Source of the DNA: Candidatus Omnitrophota bacterium
GTDB taxonomy: Bacteria > Omnitrophota > Gorgyraeia > Zapsychrales > Fredricksoniimonadaceae
Reading direction: 5' to 3'
NCBI GenBank assembly: GCA_903901225.1
Contig: CAIUQE010000048.1
Location: 5,844-69,843 of the forward strand
Length of the DNA: 64,000 nucleotides
Shown: in pieces, positions 9,743 to 19,176 of the stretch
How positions within the stretch are numbered: the stretch's first letter is position 1
Layout of the letters: each line of letters starts with the position of its first letter
Notes under the pieces: model-generated
The model's database searches: none
Seen by the model: only the letters and a program-made list of their open reading frames with translations
What the model was told of the DNA's origin: nothing
Made by a program: the position numbers and the translations under genes

Positions 9743-9967
9743 ATGGAAGCCTATCTGAAGTTTAACAAGGAAAAAGGCAGCGGCGGGGTTGTTGTGAGAT
9801 TGGATGAACGCTCGGCCAGAAACAGGGTGTTGTTGCTCCTGGAGAGGAAGAAACTGAAAGAAGCGTTTGAATTGTTCAGGGACGAGGCGCAGGTCTTGTC
9901 CTATGTGCCGCCTGAAACGCCTTTGCCGTCAGGGGCGTGGATAAGCCTGAACGAAGACCATCTTTAG
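9743..9967 (+). CDS. small hypothetical protein (74 aa) divergent from the LexA-like repressor
   Basis: Strong RBS aaaggagg 7 nt upstream. Consensus promoter upstream. No recognisable domain. Confidence 0.5.
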   Translation: MEAYLKFNKEKGSGGVVVRLDERSARNRVLLLLERKKLKEAFELFRDEAQVLSYVPPETPLPSGAWISLNEDHL

Positions 9968-10887
9968 ATCAAGTACGGTTCAAGCAGCGTGCTGCGGTCC
10001 TTCTTGGCAGCCTTGGCTGTGATCCCTCTCAATGTCTCATCGTAGCGCGGCTTATTCTTGTTCTGATAAAATAGGCCGAAAAAGCGGCGTTCATCACCGG
10101 CAAATTTAAATGCCGTGACAATATCGCGCGGATCATGTTCGAGTGACTCTGTTTTAGCGGCCAGGCGTCCGTCAGGCGTGATCCCGCTGGCGTGTGTCAG
10201 GAAAGAGTACCAGCTTGAAGATTTCAGGTCAAAATTTGTTGGGTCGAAATGAACGCAACGCTGGCAGATATGGACAAACGCGAAGCCCGGATGGTCATAG
10301 GCGGCTTTTATCGTATTGGCCAGATGGTCCGGCATCCAGTCCGCGGTTGACGCAACAAATGAGGCCCCAAGGCCCAGTGCCACCGTCAGCGGGTTGAGCG
10401 CATTTAAAACGCTCCCGAACGGCTGTGTGCTGGTGGGATGATCCTTGCGCGTGGTGGGTGAGGTCTGGTTCTTGGTCAAGGCGTAGATCTCATTATCGTA
10501 CATCAGGAACACACAATTGAAATTCTTGTTGATCCCGTGCACCAGGTGGTTGCCGCCGATGCTCATGGAATCGCCGTCACCTGAATGGATGAAAATGTTA
10601 AGGTCAGGGCGGGTCAGCGCCAGCCCGGTAGCAACGGTAATGGCGCGGCCATGGATGGAGTGGATACCATAGGTGTTGAGGTAATTCGGCGCCCGGCCGG
10701 AGCAGCCTATCCCCGAAACATTGATGATCGATTCGGGTTTCAACTGGCGTTCGACGATAAAATGCTTGAGGGCGTTGAGTATCCCGAAGTCGCCGCAACC
10801 GGGGCACCAGCGCGGATTTTCCGTGTTGAGGTCTTTGAGCGTGAACGCCTCGGCGAGGGCCGGGGAAATATTAGTGGGCGATGTCAT
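9964..10887 (-). CDS. korB: 2-oxoacid:ferredoxin oxidoreductase beta subunit (TPP-binding)
   Basis: RWCPGCGDFGIL motif and TPP-binding GDGD region. Overlaps the alpha subunit stop by 4 nt. Confidence 0.85.
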   Translation of the reverse strand: MTSPTNISPALAEAFTLKDLNTENPRWCPGCGDFGILNALKHFIVERQLKPESIINVSGIGCSGRAPNYLNTYGIHSIHGRAITVATGLALTRPDLNIFIHSGDGDSMSIGGNHLVHGINKNFNCVFLMYDNEIYALTKNQTSPTTRKDHPTSTQPFGSVLNALNPLTVALGLGASFVASTADWMPDHLANTIKAAYDHPGFAFVHICQRCVHFDPTNFDLKSSSWYSFLTHASGITPDGRLAAKTESLEHDPRDIVTAFKFAGDERRFFGLFYQNKNKPRYDETLRGITAKAAKKDRSTLLEPYLI

Positions 10888-12692
10888 TTTAAAACCTCCT
10901 TAACGCGTTCAACGATCACTTTGGGGCGAACGGGACGGCCTGTGGCCTCGGCCATGAGTGGCTGGATATCCACCAGGGCTTCGCTCCTTAACAGGAGGGC
11001 CAGGGGCGATGGTTTTAACGCGTCACCGTAGGCCACTTCGACGGACATGACCTTTTTGAATTTAGCGAAAACTTCTTTCAGCATCAGCGGCAAAGGATAA
11101 ACGACACGCAGGTGCATGCCGGAAACTTTTAAGCCCTGTTTCTGCGCCAGGCCGACGGCTTCTTCGATGGCCCCGCGGGTCGAACCCCAGCCGACGATGA
11201 GCAGGTCATTGGTTTCAGGCCCGAAAATTTCGGGGGCTGTTAACGCGCGCTGGACATGGTGCAGTTTTTCGTTGCGGACCACATGCGCCCGCTGGCTGGC
11301 TTTCGAGAAGGTGCTGACATGGCCCTGGATGTCCGTGGTAAGCCCCGTGGCCCGACGCATACCGCCCGGTGTCCCTGGAGTGCTTTGGAGCGACAAGACC
11401 ATTTCGATGTCCTTGGGGAGCCGTTTCAGATGGAAGCGCTCCAGGACAAAGTCGGGAATGGTGTCGACGTTGTCCAATTGGACGAGCTTGGGCTTGGAAA
11501 TGACCTTGTAACTGTTGGCTGTCTGGAAGTCACTCATAATAAAGACCGGCAGCCGCAGTTTTTCAGTCAGGTAGCGGGCAACATGCGGCGCGTAAAAGCA
11601 GTCGATCACGTTGGACACGCTGATAACGATCTTGGTGTGGTCGCCGTGGGAACCGAACGCCGCGGCCAGGAGGTCGGACTGTTCGGTCTTGGTCGGCATC
11701 CCTGTCGAGGGGCCGCCGCGCTGGACATCAAGGATGACGATCGGGATCTCCGCGGCCTGGGCGAAGCCGATGAATTCTTGTTTCAGTGAAAGCCCCGGGC
11801 CGGAGGTCGCGGTGATGGACGGTGTGCCGCCGAAATAGGCGCCGATGGCCGCGCCAATGGCCGCGATCTCGTCCTCAGCCTGGTGGACGTGCCCGCCGTA
11901 CGCGGGGAGTTCCCTGGCGAGCGTGTGCATCACCGAAGAAGCGGGGGTGATGGGATAACCGGAGAAAAGCTTAAAACCCGCGTCGATCACGCCGAGGCTC
12001 AGCGCCGTGTTGCCGTCAATGAGGATCTTTTCGCCCTCGCGCGGGGTCGTGTCGATCTGGTAGCGGAGAAGGTCAAGCCCCTTCGCCAGCTGGTAGCCGT
12101 TATGGTAAAGGCTGATGTTCTTTTCCATCACCTCTGGCTTGAGTTTTTTCCCGAAAGTCTTTTCGATCTCCTGTTTGACGATGTCCTCGTCCATGTTGTA
12201 GATGTAGGAGAGCATGCCAAGGTAATAAATATTCTGCCCTTTTCCAGATGTGCTTTGGAGGATGTCTTTGGAGGCCTGGTCGATGTCGAAGGTGATGACC
12301 TTAAGCCCGTCCTTGGCGCAGCGCTTGAGCACCGCGTCATATGATTCCGGATTCTTTTCGCGGTCGCCGGTGTCGAGCAGGAACACGCCTTGCTGGTTAT
12401 ATTCACCGTCATCAAGACGGCGGCTGAGGACGATCTCATGCGAAGCGATGGTCAGGTCCGTGTTGTTACCTATGTTCGTGATATCAAAATCGGCGAGGCG
12501 GATGATGACGCCGGAAAGGGCGGGTTTGCTGCGCGGCAAGGGGGATATTTCGGCCGGGATCATCGGCTCGACATAAACGTATTTGCCCATGGCGACAAAC
12601 GCGCTCAGAAGGATATCGCCGGACTTCTGGGCACCAAAACCAGCATCCATCAAAAGTTCAAAACGCGTGACCGAACGTTTTTCAATTGCCAT
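10884..12692 (-). CDS. korA: 2-oxoacid:ferredoxin oxidoreductase, fused gamma-alpha subunit
   Basis: N-terminal gamma-type domain (VTRFELLMDAGFGAQKSGDIL). Then the alpha domain (GNTALSLGVIDAG...YPITPASS...EDEIAAIGAAIGA). Start chosen at the ATG at 12692 (MAIEKRS), which has a gagg RBS. The ORF track extends to 12791. Confidence 0.8.
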   Translation of the reverse strand: MAIEKRSVTRFELLMDAGFGAQKSGDILLSAFVAMGKYVYVEPMIPAEISPLPRSKPALSGVIIRLADFDITNIGNNTDLTIASHEIVLSRRLDDGEYNQQGVFLLDTGDREKNPESYDAVLKRCAKDGLKVITFDIDQASKDILQSTSGKGQNIYYLGMLSYIYNMDEDIVKQEIEKTFGKKLKPEVMEKNISLYHNGYQLAKGLDLLRYQIDTTPREGEKILIDGNTALSLGVIDAGFKLFSGYPITPASSVMHTLARELPAYGGHVHQAEDEIAAIGAAIGAYFGGTPSITATSGPGLSLKQEFIGFAQAAEIPIVILDVQRGGPSTGMPTKTEQSDLLAAAFGSHGDHTKIVISVSNVIDCFYAPHVARYLTEKLRLPVFIMSDFQTANSYKVISKPKLVQLDNVDTIPDFVLERFHLKRLPKDIEMVLSLQSTPGTPGGMRRATGLTTDIQGHVSTFSKASQRAHVVRNEKLHHVQRALTAPEIFGPETNDLLIVGWGSTRGAIEEAVGLAQKQGLKVSGMHLRVVYPLPLMLKEVFAKFKKVMSVEVAYGDALKPSPLALLLRSEALVDIQPLMAEATGRPVRPKVIVERVKEVLK

Positions 12693-12890
12693 GCGGACCT
12701 CGTTATTTGTTTGATTTGAGCGGCGTCTGTTAACCCAATTTTTCAATATAGCACCTATTCTTCGTTTGGCAATGGAAAGAAGATTTAACATATCCGCAAC
12801 TGATCTTGAATCGCCCCTTTACTTGCGTTTGAATGTATTTTATACTTTGTTTGTTCTAATGAGTTGTCGCCTTTAACCGGAGAGTGTCCC

Positions 12891-14255
12891 ATGTTCCCCA
12901 ACAATGACCTGAGAAAAGAACCGCGTTTAAAATTCAAGAATACCATTCAGTATGAAAAGATAAAGCGGAACGATGTTTACGGTTATGGCGCGCCTATTTC
13001 CACCACTGCCGTTGATATCGGCAGCCGTGGGATCGGTTTTTACGCCAACGAGGAATTTGACCTTAATTCCAACCTGCGCATCACCTGCAACATCGCTTCG
13101 AATGTCCTTGTTTCTTTCCAGGTGCGGGTTGTCAGGATGCAGATATTCACTGGCGGGATCATGAAGTTCATTGTGGGGACCGAGATCAAGGACATCACTG
13201 AGGACACCAGGGCCAAGCTTGATGCTTTCCTGGGGCGCATTAACATTTATCCGATCCTGGAATCAGGCATCCTCGACAATGTTTCCGACATGCATTTCAT
13301 GGCCGGACAGCCTCTCATTGTGAAGAAAAAAGGCACCCTTCTGCGCGTTGGCGAATCGCTCGACGAGTACACTGTAAAGAACCTGTTGCTGAACACGCTC
13401 GATGAAGACCGTTATGAAAAACTCATGAAGGAAAAAGACGTCAATTTTGTGTTCCATTATCATAACAAACGGTTCCGGGGCAATATCCATTTTCAGCAGG
13501 GGCGGCTGGAAGGCCTCTTCCGCGTCAGCAATTCCGCCGTCGAATCGCTTCAGCGCCTCGGCCTGCCGCCCGCCCTCGGGAATCTTGTCAGTAAGGCCAA
13601 AAAAGGCCTTGTGCTCATCGCCGGCAGGACGGGTGCCGGCAAGACCACGACATTGTCGTCGCTGATCAGCCACCTGGGGAAGGAAAGGTCGGACGTCATC
13701 GTCACCATCGAAGACCCGATCGAATATATCCATGACGCGGGCAAATGCATTATCAAGCAGCGCGAACTGGGGAGAGACACCCTTTCCTACGCGTCCGCGA
13801 TAAGTAACGCGTTAAAGCAAAACCCTGACATCCTGGTTATCGGCGAGATCCTCGATGCCGAGACCATGGCCCTGGTCCTGACCGCCGCCGAATCAGGCAT
13901 CCTGGTCTTCGCGACGATCAACGCGACAAGTACCATCCACGCTTTGGATCGCGTGGCATCGTTCTTCCCGGCCGACGCGCAAAAACATTTCCTCAACCGA
14001 CTGTCCCTTGTCTTAAAAGGCATCATTGTCCAGGAAATATTCCCCAAAGCCATGGATGACGGATTTATCCCAGCCGTCGAGGTGTTCCTTCCCGATGAAT
14101 CGACCCAGGCGATGCTGGCGGAAGGCGACTGGGAGAATATCCCTGCATTCATCCAGGCCGGAAAAAGCCGTGGTATGCGGTCCATAAAAGACTCCGTGGA
14201 AGAGCTTACATGCTGCGGGGCTATCGATATGGCTTATCTGAATGAATATGTCTAG
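12891..14255 (+). CDS. PilZ-domain / PilT-like secretion-ATPase fusion protein
   Basis: N-terminal PilZ-like motifs (RLKFKN ... DIGSRGIGF). C-terminal PilT/T2SSE ATPase: Walker A GRTGAGKTT, IVTIEDPIEY, and His box region GILVFATINAT. Start at ATG 12891 with a ggag RBS. Confidence 0.7.
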   Translation: MFPNNDLRKEPRLKFKNTIQYEKIKRNDVYGYGAPISTTAVDIGSRGIGFYANEEFDLNSNLRITCNIASNVLVSFQVRVVRMQIFTGGIMKFIVGTEIKDITEDTRAKLDAFLGRINIYPILESGILDNVSDMHFMAGQPLIVKKKGTLLRVGESLDEYTVKNLLLNTLDEDRYEKLMKEKDVNFVFHYHNKRFRGNIHFQQGRLEGLFRVSNSAVESLQRLGLPPALGNLVSKAKKGLVLIAGRTGAGKTTTLSSLISHLGKERSDVIVTIEDPIEYIHDAGKCIIKQRELGRDTLSYASAISNALKQNPDILVIGEILDAETMALVLTAAESGILVFATINATSTIHALDRVASFFPADAQKHFLNRLSLVLKGIIVQEIFPKAMDDGFIPAVEVFLPDESTQAMLAEGDWENIPAFIQAGKSRGMRSIKDSVEELTCCGAIDMAYLNEYV

Positions 14256-14291
14256 CGCGGGGGCTGGCCAGTTACAAGGGAGAAATCGCTC

Positions 14292-15491
14292 TCAAATAAG
14301 CGACTGGTAAAGAGAATATGTTTTTTTGGCGATCGAAGGCCAGCTGAAATTGGCGATGGCGCGCTGGCGTCCCGCGGCGCCCATCCTGCGGCGCAGAGGT
14401 TCATCCCGCATCAGAAGGTTGATCTTCGCGGCCAGGTCCCGGGCGAACTGCCCGGGGTCAACGGGCTCGAACGACCCGCCGTTGTGCTGGGCGACCGGCA
14501 CCAGAAACCCTGTTTCTCCGTCGACAACAACTTCCTTGATCCCTCCCACGGCCGCGGCGACCACCGGTGTTTCGCACGCCATGGCTTCGAGGTTGATGAT
14601 CCCAAAGGGTTCGTAGATCGAAGGGCAGCAGAAAAGGGCGGCATGAGAATATAGGGCGATCTTCGTCCTTTCATCGAGCATTTCCCCGATCCAGATGATA
14701 TCGTCACGTTCTTTTTTTGCCGCCGCGACATGGGACTGCATTTCAGCGGCAATTTCTTGCGTGTCGGGAGCCCCGGCGCACAGCACGACCTGAAACCCCT
14801 TTGACATATGCCGGATCGCGTTCACAAGGTGGATGATCCCTTTTTGACGCGTGATGCGTCCGACAAAAAGGATATAAGGCCTTTGCGGGTCAACACCGAC
14901 GTGTTTCAGGATATCGGGCGCGGCTATAGGACGGTATTCATCGAGATCGATCCCGTTGTGGATCACGTGGATCCTGGCGGGGTCGACCTTGTAATATTTG
15001 AGGACATCATCTTTGGTATCCCCGGATACGGCGATGACGGCGTCAGCCATTTCGAGCGCCGTCTTTTCGACCCAAAGGCTGAAATCATAGCCGCCGGCGA
15101 GCTGTTCGCGCTTCCAGGGGCGCAGGGGCTCAAGGGAATGGGTGGTGATGACCAGGGGCAGCCCGTAGTTGAGCTTGGCCAGTATCCCGCCGAGATGGGT
15201 ATACCATGTGTGGCAATGGACCACGTCCGCGTCAATATTCGTCGTGTTGAAATCAAGGCTGCGCTGGATGGCGCTGAAAACAGAGGCTAGCGGCTTTGGG
15301 GACGTGAACGTCTTGTCGCCGGGAGGGAAGCCGGTCGCGGATAAATTCCCGTTGTGGAGGGCCTGGGTCCCGAAGCAGCGGACATCGACCGGGCCAAGTT
15401 TGGCCAGTTCGCGGCTGAGATAGTCGACATGGATACCGGCCCCGCCATAGATCGCGGGAGGGTATTCGTTGGTCAGGAGTAAGACTTTCAC
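14292..15491 (-). CDS. GT4 glycosyltransferase, GlgM-like (candidate alpha-maltose-1-phosphate synthase)
   Basis: N-terminus LLTNEYPPAIYGGAGIHVDYLSRELAK. C-terminal GT4 EX7E-type region (EPFGIINLEAMACETPVVA). Divergent from glgE. Confidence 0.55.
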   Translation of the reverse strand: MKVLLLTNEYPPAIYGGAGIHVDYLSRELAKLGPVDVRCFGTQALHNGNLSATGFPPGDKTFTSPKPLASVFSAIQRSLDFNTTNIDADVVHCHTWYTHLGGILAKLNYGLPLVITTHSLEPLRPWKREQLAGGYDFSLWVEKTALEMADAVIAVSGDTKDDVLKYYKVDPARIHVIHNGIDLDEYRPIAAPDILKHVGVDPQRPYILFVGRITRQKGIIHLVNAIRHMSKGFQVVLCAGAPDTQEIAAEMQSHVAAAKKERDDIIWIGEMLDERTKIALYSHAALFCCPSIYEPFGIINLEAMACETPVVAAAVGGIKEVVVDGETGFLVPVAQHNGGSFEPVDPGQFARDLAAKINLLMRDEPLRRRMGAAGRQRAIANFSWPSIAKKTYSLYQSLI

Positions 15492-15614
15492 ACCACAATA
15501 TTACTTCATGGCGTGGAATTAGCAAGGCGAAACTCCTCAAGTTATGGTTTTAATATTTTCAACTCGATGTTAAAATGCATGACATCATTGTTCCGTCAAC
15601 AGCAAAGGAATCCC

Positions 15615-17621
15615 ATGGCGAAGCGCATCAGGATCGTAGCGTCCCCAACACCTCCCAGGATCGTCATCGAAAATGTCACGCCCGAGATCGATGGCGGGAA
15701 TTTTCCGGTCAAGCGCATCGTCGGCGAACAGGTCGTTGTCCGGGCCAATGTTTTCGCGGACGGCCACGATGAGGTCAAGGCTGACCTCCTTTTCCGTAAA
15801 GCCGGTGATACGCAATGGCATGCTGTGGGCATGAAAGCCACTGGTAACGATGGCTGGGTTGGGGCTTTCCGGGTGACGGAACAGGTGGATCATTTTTATA
15901 CTGTGCGCGGGTATATTTGTGAATTTTCCTCCTGGTGCCATGACTTGAAGAAGAGAGTGGATGCCGGCAATGACGTGAGTGTTGACCTGAAGATCGGCAG
16001 CCTTCTTGTGCGTGACGCGGCGCAACGCGCGGATGCCGACGAGGCCAAGACCCTCCTCGCGTGGGCTGATGTGGTGGCGGATGCCGGGGACAGGGAAAAC
16101 GCCCTCAAGCGCGCGTTCAGCGATGAACTCTACAGGTTGATGGAGGCGCACATTGATCCGGCCCGTTGTCATGTTTATGAACGGGAGTTGAGGGTCAGTG
16201 TGGAACGAAAAAAAGCCGGCTTCAGCAGCTGGTATGAATTTTTCCCGCGTTCCTGGGGCCAGGTGCCGGGCAAGCACGGCACGTTCAAGGATTGCGAACG
16301 TATCCTTCCCGAGATCGCGCGCATGGGCTTCGACGTTATCTATTTGCCGCCGATCCACCCGATCGGGGAAGCGTTCAGAAAAGGCCGGAATAACGCGACC
16401 CGCTGCGCGGCTGATGATCCGGGTTCGCCGTGGGCCATCGGCGGCCGGGCCGGCGGGCATAAAGATATCAACCCCTTGCTGGGGACGCCGGAAGATCTCC
16501 GCTCATTTATAAAAACGGCCCGGGTGCACGGACTGGAACTCGCGCTGGATATCGCGTTCCAGTGTTCGCCGGACCATCCCTATTTGAAGGAACATCCGGA
16601 CTGGTTCAAATGGCGTCCCGACGGCACCGTGCAGTACGCCGAGAATCCGCCTAAAAAATATGAGGACATCGTCCCTTTCAATTACGACACCCAGGACCGC
16701 GAAGCCCTCTGGCAGGAATTGAAGGACGTCGTCCTCTTCTGGGCGGGGCAGGGGGTCCATATTTTTCGCGTGGATAATCCGCATACCAAGCCTTTCCTTT
16801 TTTGGGACTGGATGATCGCCGAGGTCAGAAAAATTTATCCTGATACGATCTTTCTTGCCGAGGCTTTCACGCGGCCGCATATCATGTACCGTCTGGCCAA
16901 GGGCGGCTTTACCCATTCGTACACGTATTTCACCTGGCGGAATACCAAGAAAGAATTCCAGGATTACCTGGGCGAATTGACCCGTACAGAGGTGGCGGAA
17001 TTCTTCCGCCCGAATTTCTGGCCCAATACACCCGATATCCTGGCGGAACACCTTCAGCATGCCGGGAGGACGGCCTTCACCATGCGCGCGGTGCTGGCCG
17101 CCACGTTGTCGTCGAATTTCGGCATCTACGGCCCTGCGTTCGAGCTTTGCGAGAATGAGCCTTTTCCTGGGAAAGAAGAATATAACCATTCTGAAAAGTA
17201 CGAGATCAAGGCCTGGGACTGGGACCGTCCGGGGAACATCAAGGAACTCCTCGCGCGGCTCAACAAGATCCGGCGGGAGAATCCGGCCCTGCAGATGACC
17301 CGTAATATTCGTTTTTGCGGGATCAGCAATGAACAGCTCCTGGCGTATTACAAGGCCACGGGGGATTTTTCCAACATCATTATTGTCGTCGTTAACCTTG
17401 ATCCGCGCCAGGCGCAGGGCGGGCTGATCGAACTGCCGTTGCATGAATTCGGGATAGCCCCAGACCGTTCTTACGCGGCGGAAGACCTCCTGAGCGGCGA
17501 GAAGTTCACCTGGAACGGCGATAAGAATTTCGTTAAACTCGACCCCGCGCGATCCCCGGCCCACATCATCCGCGTGACACGGCAGTCGCGGCAGGAACTC
17601 GAGTTTGACTACTTCCTATGA
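15615..17621 (+). CDS. glgE: alpha-1,4-glucan:maltose-1-phosphate maltosyltransferase
   Basis: N-terminal IENVTPEIDGGNFPVKRIVGE. GH13-like catalytic core (FRVDNPHTKP, DTIFLAEAFTRP). Start at ATG 15615 with an aagga RBS. Confidence 0.8.
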   Translation: MAKRIRIVASPTPPRIVIENVTPEIDGGNFPVKRIVGEQVVVRANVFADGHDEVKADLLFRKAGDTQWHAVGMKATGNDGWVGAFRVTEQVDHFYTVRGYICEFSSWCHDLKKRVDAGNDVSVDLKIGSLLVRDAAQRADADEAKTLLAWADVVADAGDRENALKRAFSDELYRLMEAHIDPARCHVYERELRVSVERKKAGFSSWYEFFPRSWGQVPGKHGTFKDCERILPEIARMGFDVIYLPPIHPIGEAFRKGRNNATRCAADDPGSPWAIGGRAGGHKDINPLLGTPEDLRSFIKTARVHGLELALDIAFQCSPDHPYLKEHPDWFKWRPDGTVQYAENPPKKYEDIVPFNYDTQDREALWQELKDVVLFWAGQGVHIFRVDNPHTKPFLFWDWMIAEVRKIYPDTIFLAEAFTRPHIMYRLAKGGFTHSYTYFTWRNTKKEFQDYLGELTRTEVAEFFRPNFWPNTPDILAEHLQHAGRTAFTMRAVLAATLSSNFGIYGPAFELCENEPFPGKEEYNHSEKYEIKAWDWDRPGNIKELLARLNKIRRENPALQMTRNIRFCGISNEQLLAYYKATGDFSNIIIVVVNLDPRQAQGGLIELPLHEFGIAPDRSYAAEDLLSGEKFTWNGDKNFVKLDPARSPAHIIRVTRQSRQELEFDYFL

Positions 17622-18754
17622 CAAGAGCACGGATCAATCTTAAACGGATGTTTCTTTGCACTGTGTTCAGCCTCGCGATGTTATTGACGGTGGCCGAGCG
17701 CTCTTTTGCCGACCAGTCCGCTCCTCGCGGGATATTCGTCACGCTCATTGATAAAGAGCCGGTGCTGGCCAGCAAGAGCCAGATCAATGAACTTGTCGCT
17801 TTCGCCCAGAAAGCGAAGGTCACGACGCTTTTTGTCCAGATCTACCGCGCCAACCGGGCCTGGTTCCCGTCCAGGATGGCCGAGCAGGAGCAGTACAGAA
17901 GAGCATTGAAGAGCGTTGGAGAAGACCCGTTCGCTCTCCTGATCCGGCTGGCTCATGCCAGGAATATCCAGGTTCATGCCTGGCTCAACGTGCTGAGCCT
18001 CAGCAAGAATACCCAGTCGCCGCTGCTGAAGAAATACGGCCCAAGTATCCTGACAAGGAATTTAGAGCCCAAAGTTTCTCTCAAGGACTATGAGATCGAC
18101 GGCCAGTATTTCCTTGAGCCGGGGGACTTGCGCGTACGCAAGGAACTGGCCAATATGGTCGAGGAAGTTGTGCGGTCGTATCCCGAGCTCGACGGCATTC
18201 AGTTCGATTATATCCGTTATCCAGATTCACATCCGGCTTATGGTTACACCGAGATGAATGTCGGGCGATTCAAGAAGGCCACTAAACTTCAGGTGTTCAA
18301 CGAAAATACCCCGGCGTGGCGCGAATGGAAAAGGGATCAGGTTACTGAGCTCCTGCGCAAACTGGTGCGCCGGGCGCGATCCCTCAACGATAACCTGCAT
18401 CTTTCAACGACAGGGTGCATGTCTTATTCCCGCGCCTACAACGAAGCGTTCCAGGACTGGCCGTCATGGATCGACAAGGGCTACGCGGAATTCGTGACGG
18501 CCATGAGTTATCCGGAAACGGTTGAAGAATTCAGCAAGGACATCGAGGACGCCAGGAAAAGGGTGCGGGACTTCAGAAAAATATACCTGGCCACGCCCGC
18601 GTACAAGTTCCCGAAAACATCAGATGTTTATATCCGGCAGTTCAACCTTTGCAAGGATTCGGGAGCGGGCGCCTGTATTGTGTTCCATTACGGGAGCCTG
18701 ATCGTCAATCCGGCTTTAAAACAATATATCAGGAACATTCCCAGGACGGAATGA
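17618..18754 (+). CDS. secreted glycoside-hydrolase-like family 10 (GHL10/DUF4015-type) protein
   Basis: Signal peptide. Motif DGIQFDYIRYPD. ATGA overlap with the glgE stop. Confidence 0.55.
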   Translation: MTRARINLKRMFLCTVFSLAMLLTVAERSFADQSAPRGIFVTLIDKEPVLASKSQINELVAFAQKAKVTTLFVQIYRANRAWFPSRMAEQEQYRRALKSVGEDPFALLIRLAHARNIQVHAWLNVLSLSKNTQSPLLKKYGPSILTRNLEPKVSLKDYEIDGQYFLEPGDLRVRKELANMVEEVVRSYPELDGIQFDYIRYPDSHPAYGYTEMNVGRFKKATKLQVFNENTPAWREWKRDQVTELLRKLVRRARSLNDNLHLSTTGCMSYSRAYNEAFQDWPSWIDKGYAEFVTAMSYPETVEEFSKDIEDARKRVRDFRKIYLATPAYKFPKTSDVYIRQFNLCKDSGAGACIVFHYGSLIVNPALKQYIRNIPRTE

Positions 18755-18775
18755 ACCACGAATCCGGGGGCTTGT

Positions 18776-19174
18776 ATGCAAGTTGAGATCTTTTCCATCA
18801 GCGATGCCGCGACGAGCGAGAATGGAAAGCTGAACATCCTTGGGGCGTTTGACACCATCTGGGTCAGGCAATTCCCGGCCCTGTATCCGCACTGCGCGGT
18901 GGCGGTGAGGATGCGATTTTTATCGCTGGAGCAGGGCGATCATGCTTTGGTGGTCCGGTTCATGGACGCGGACGGCGTGAATGTCCTGCCGCCGGCCAGC
19001 GGGTCATTTTCCATTACGATGCCCGAAACCCAGCGCACGGCCTCTGCCGATATCGTGCTTAACATCCAGGCATTGAACCTTATCAAGCCGGGGGAGTATT
19101 CGCTGGAATTGCTGGTCGATGGTGAGAATATCCGTTCCCTGCCTCTTTTCGTTAAGGATGCCCCCAGGCCCTAG
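18776..19174 (+). CDS. hypothetical protein (132 aa)
   Basis: ORF with gggggc upstream. No recognisable motif. Confidence 0.4.
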   Translation: MQVEIFSISDAATSENGKLNILGAFDTIWVRQFPALYPHCAVAVRMRFLSLEQGDHALVVRFMDADGVNVLPPASGSFSITMPETQRTASADIVLNIQALNLIKPGEYSLELLVDGENIRSLPLFVKDAPRP

Positions 19175-19176
19175 CT

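Noticed and set aside
11256-12344. Plus-strand ORFs (11256..11789, 11883..12344) antisense to korA
   Set aside because: Antisense to a gene with unambiguous OFOR motifs. No RBS.
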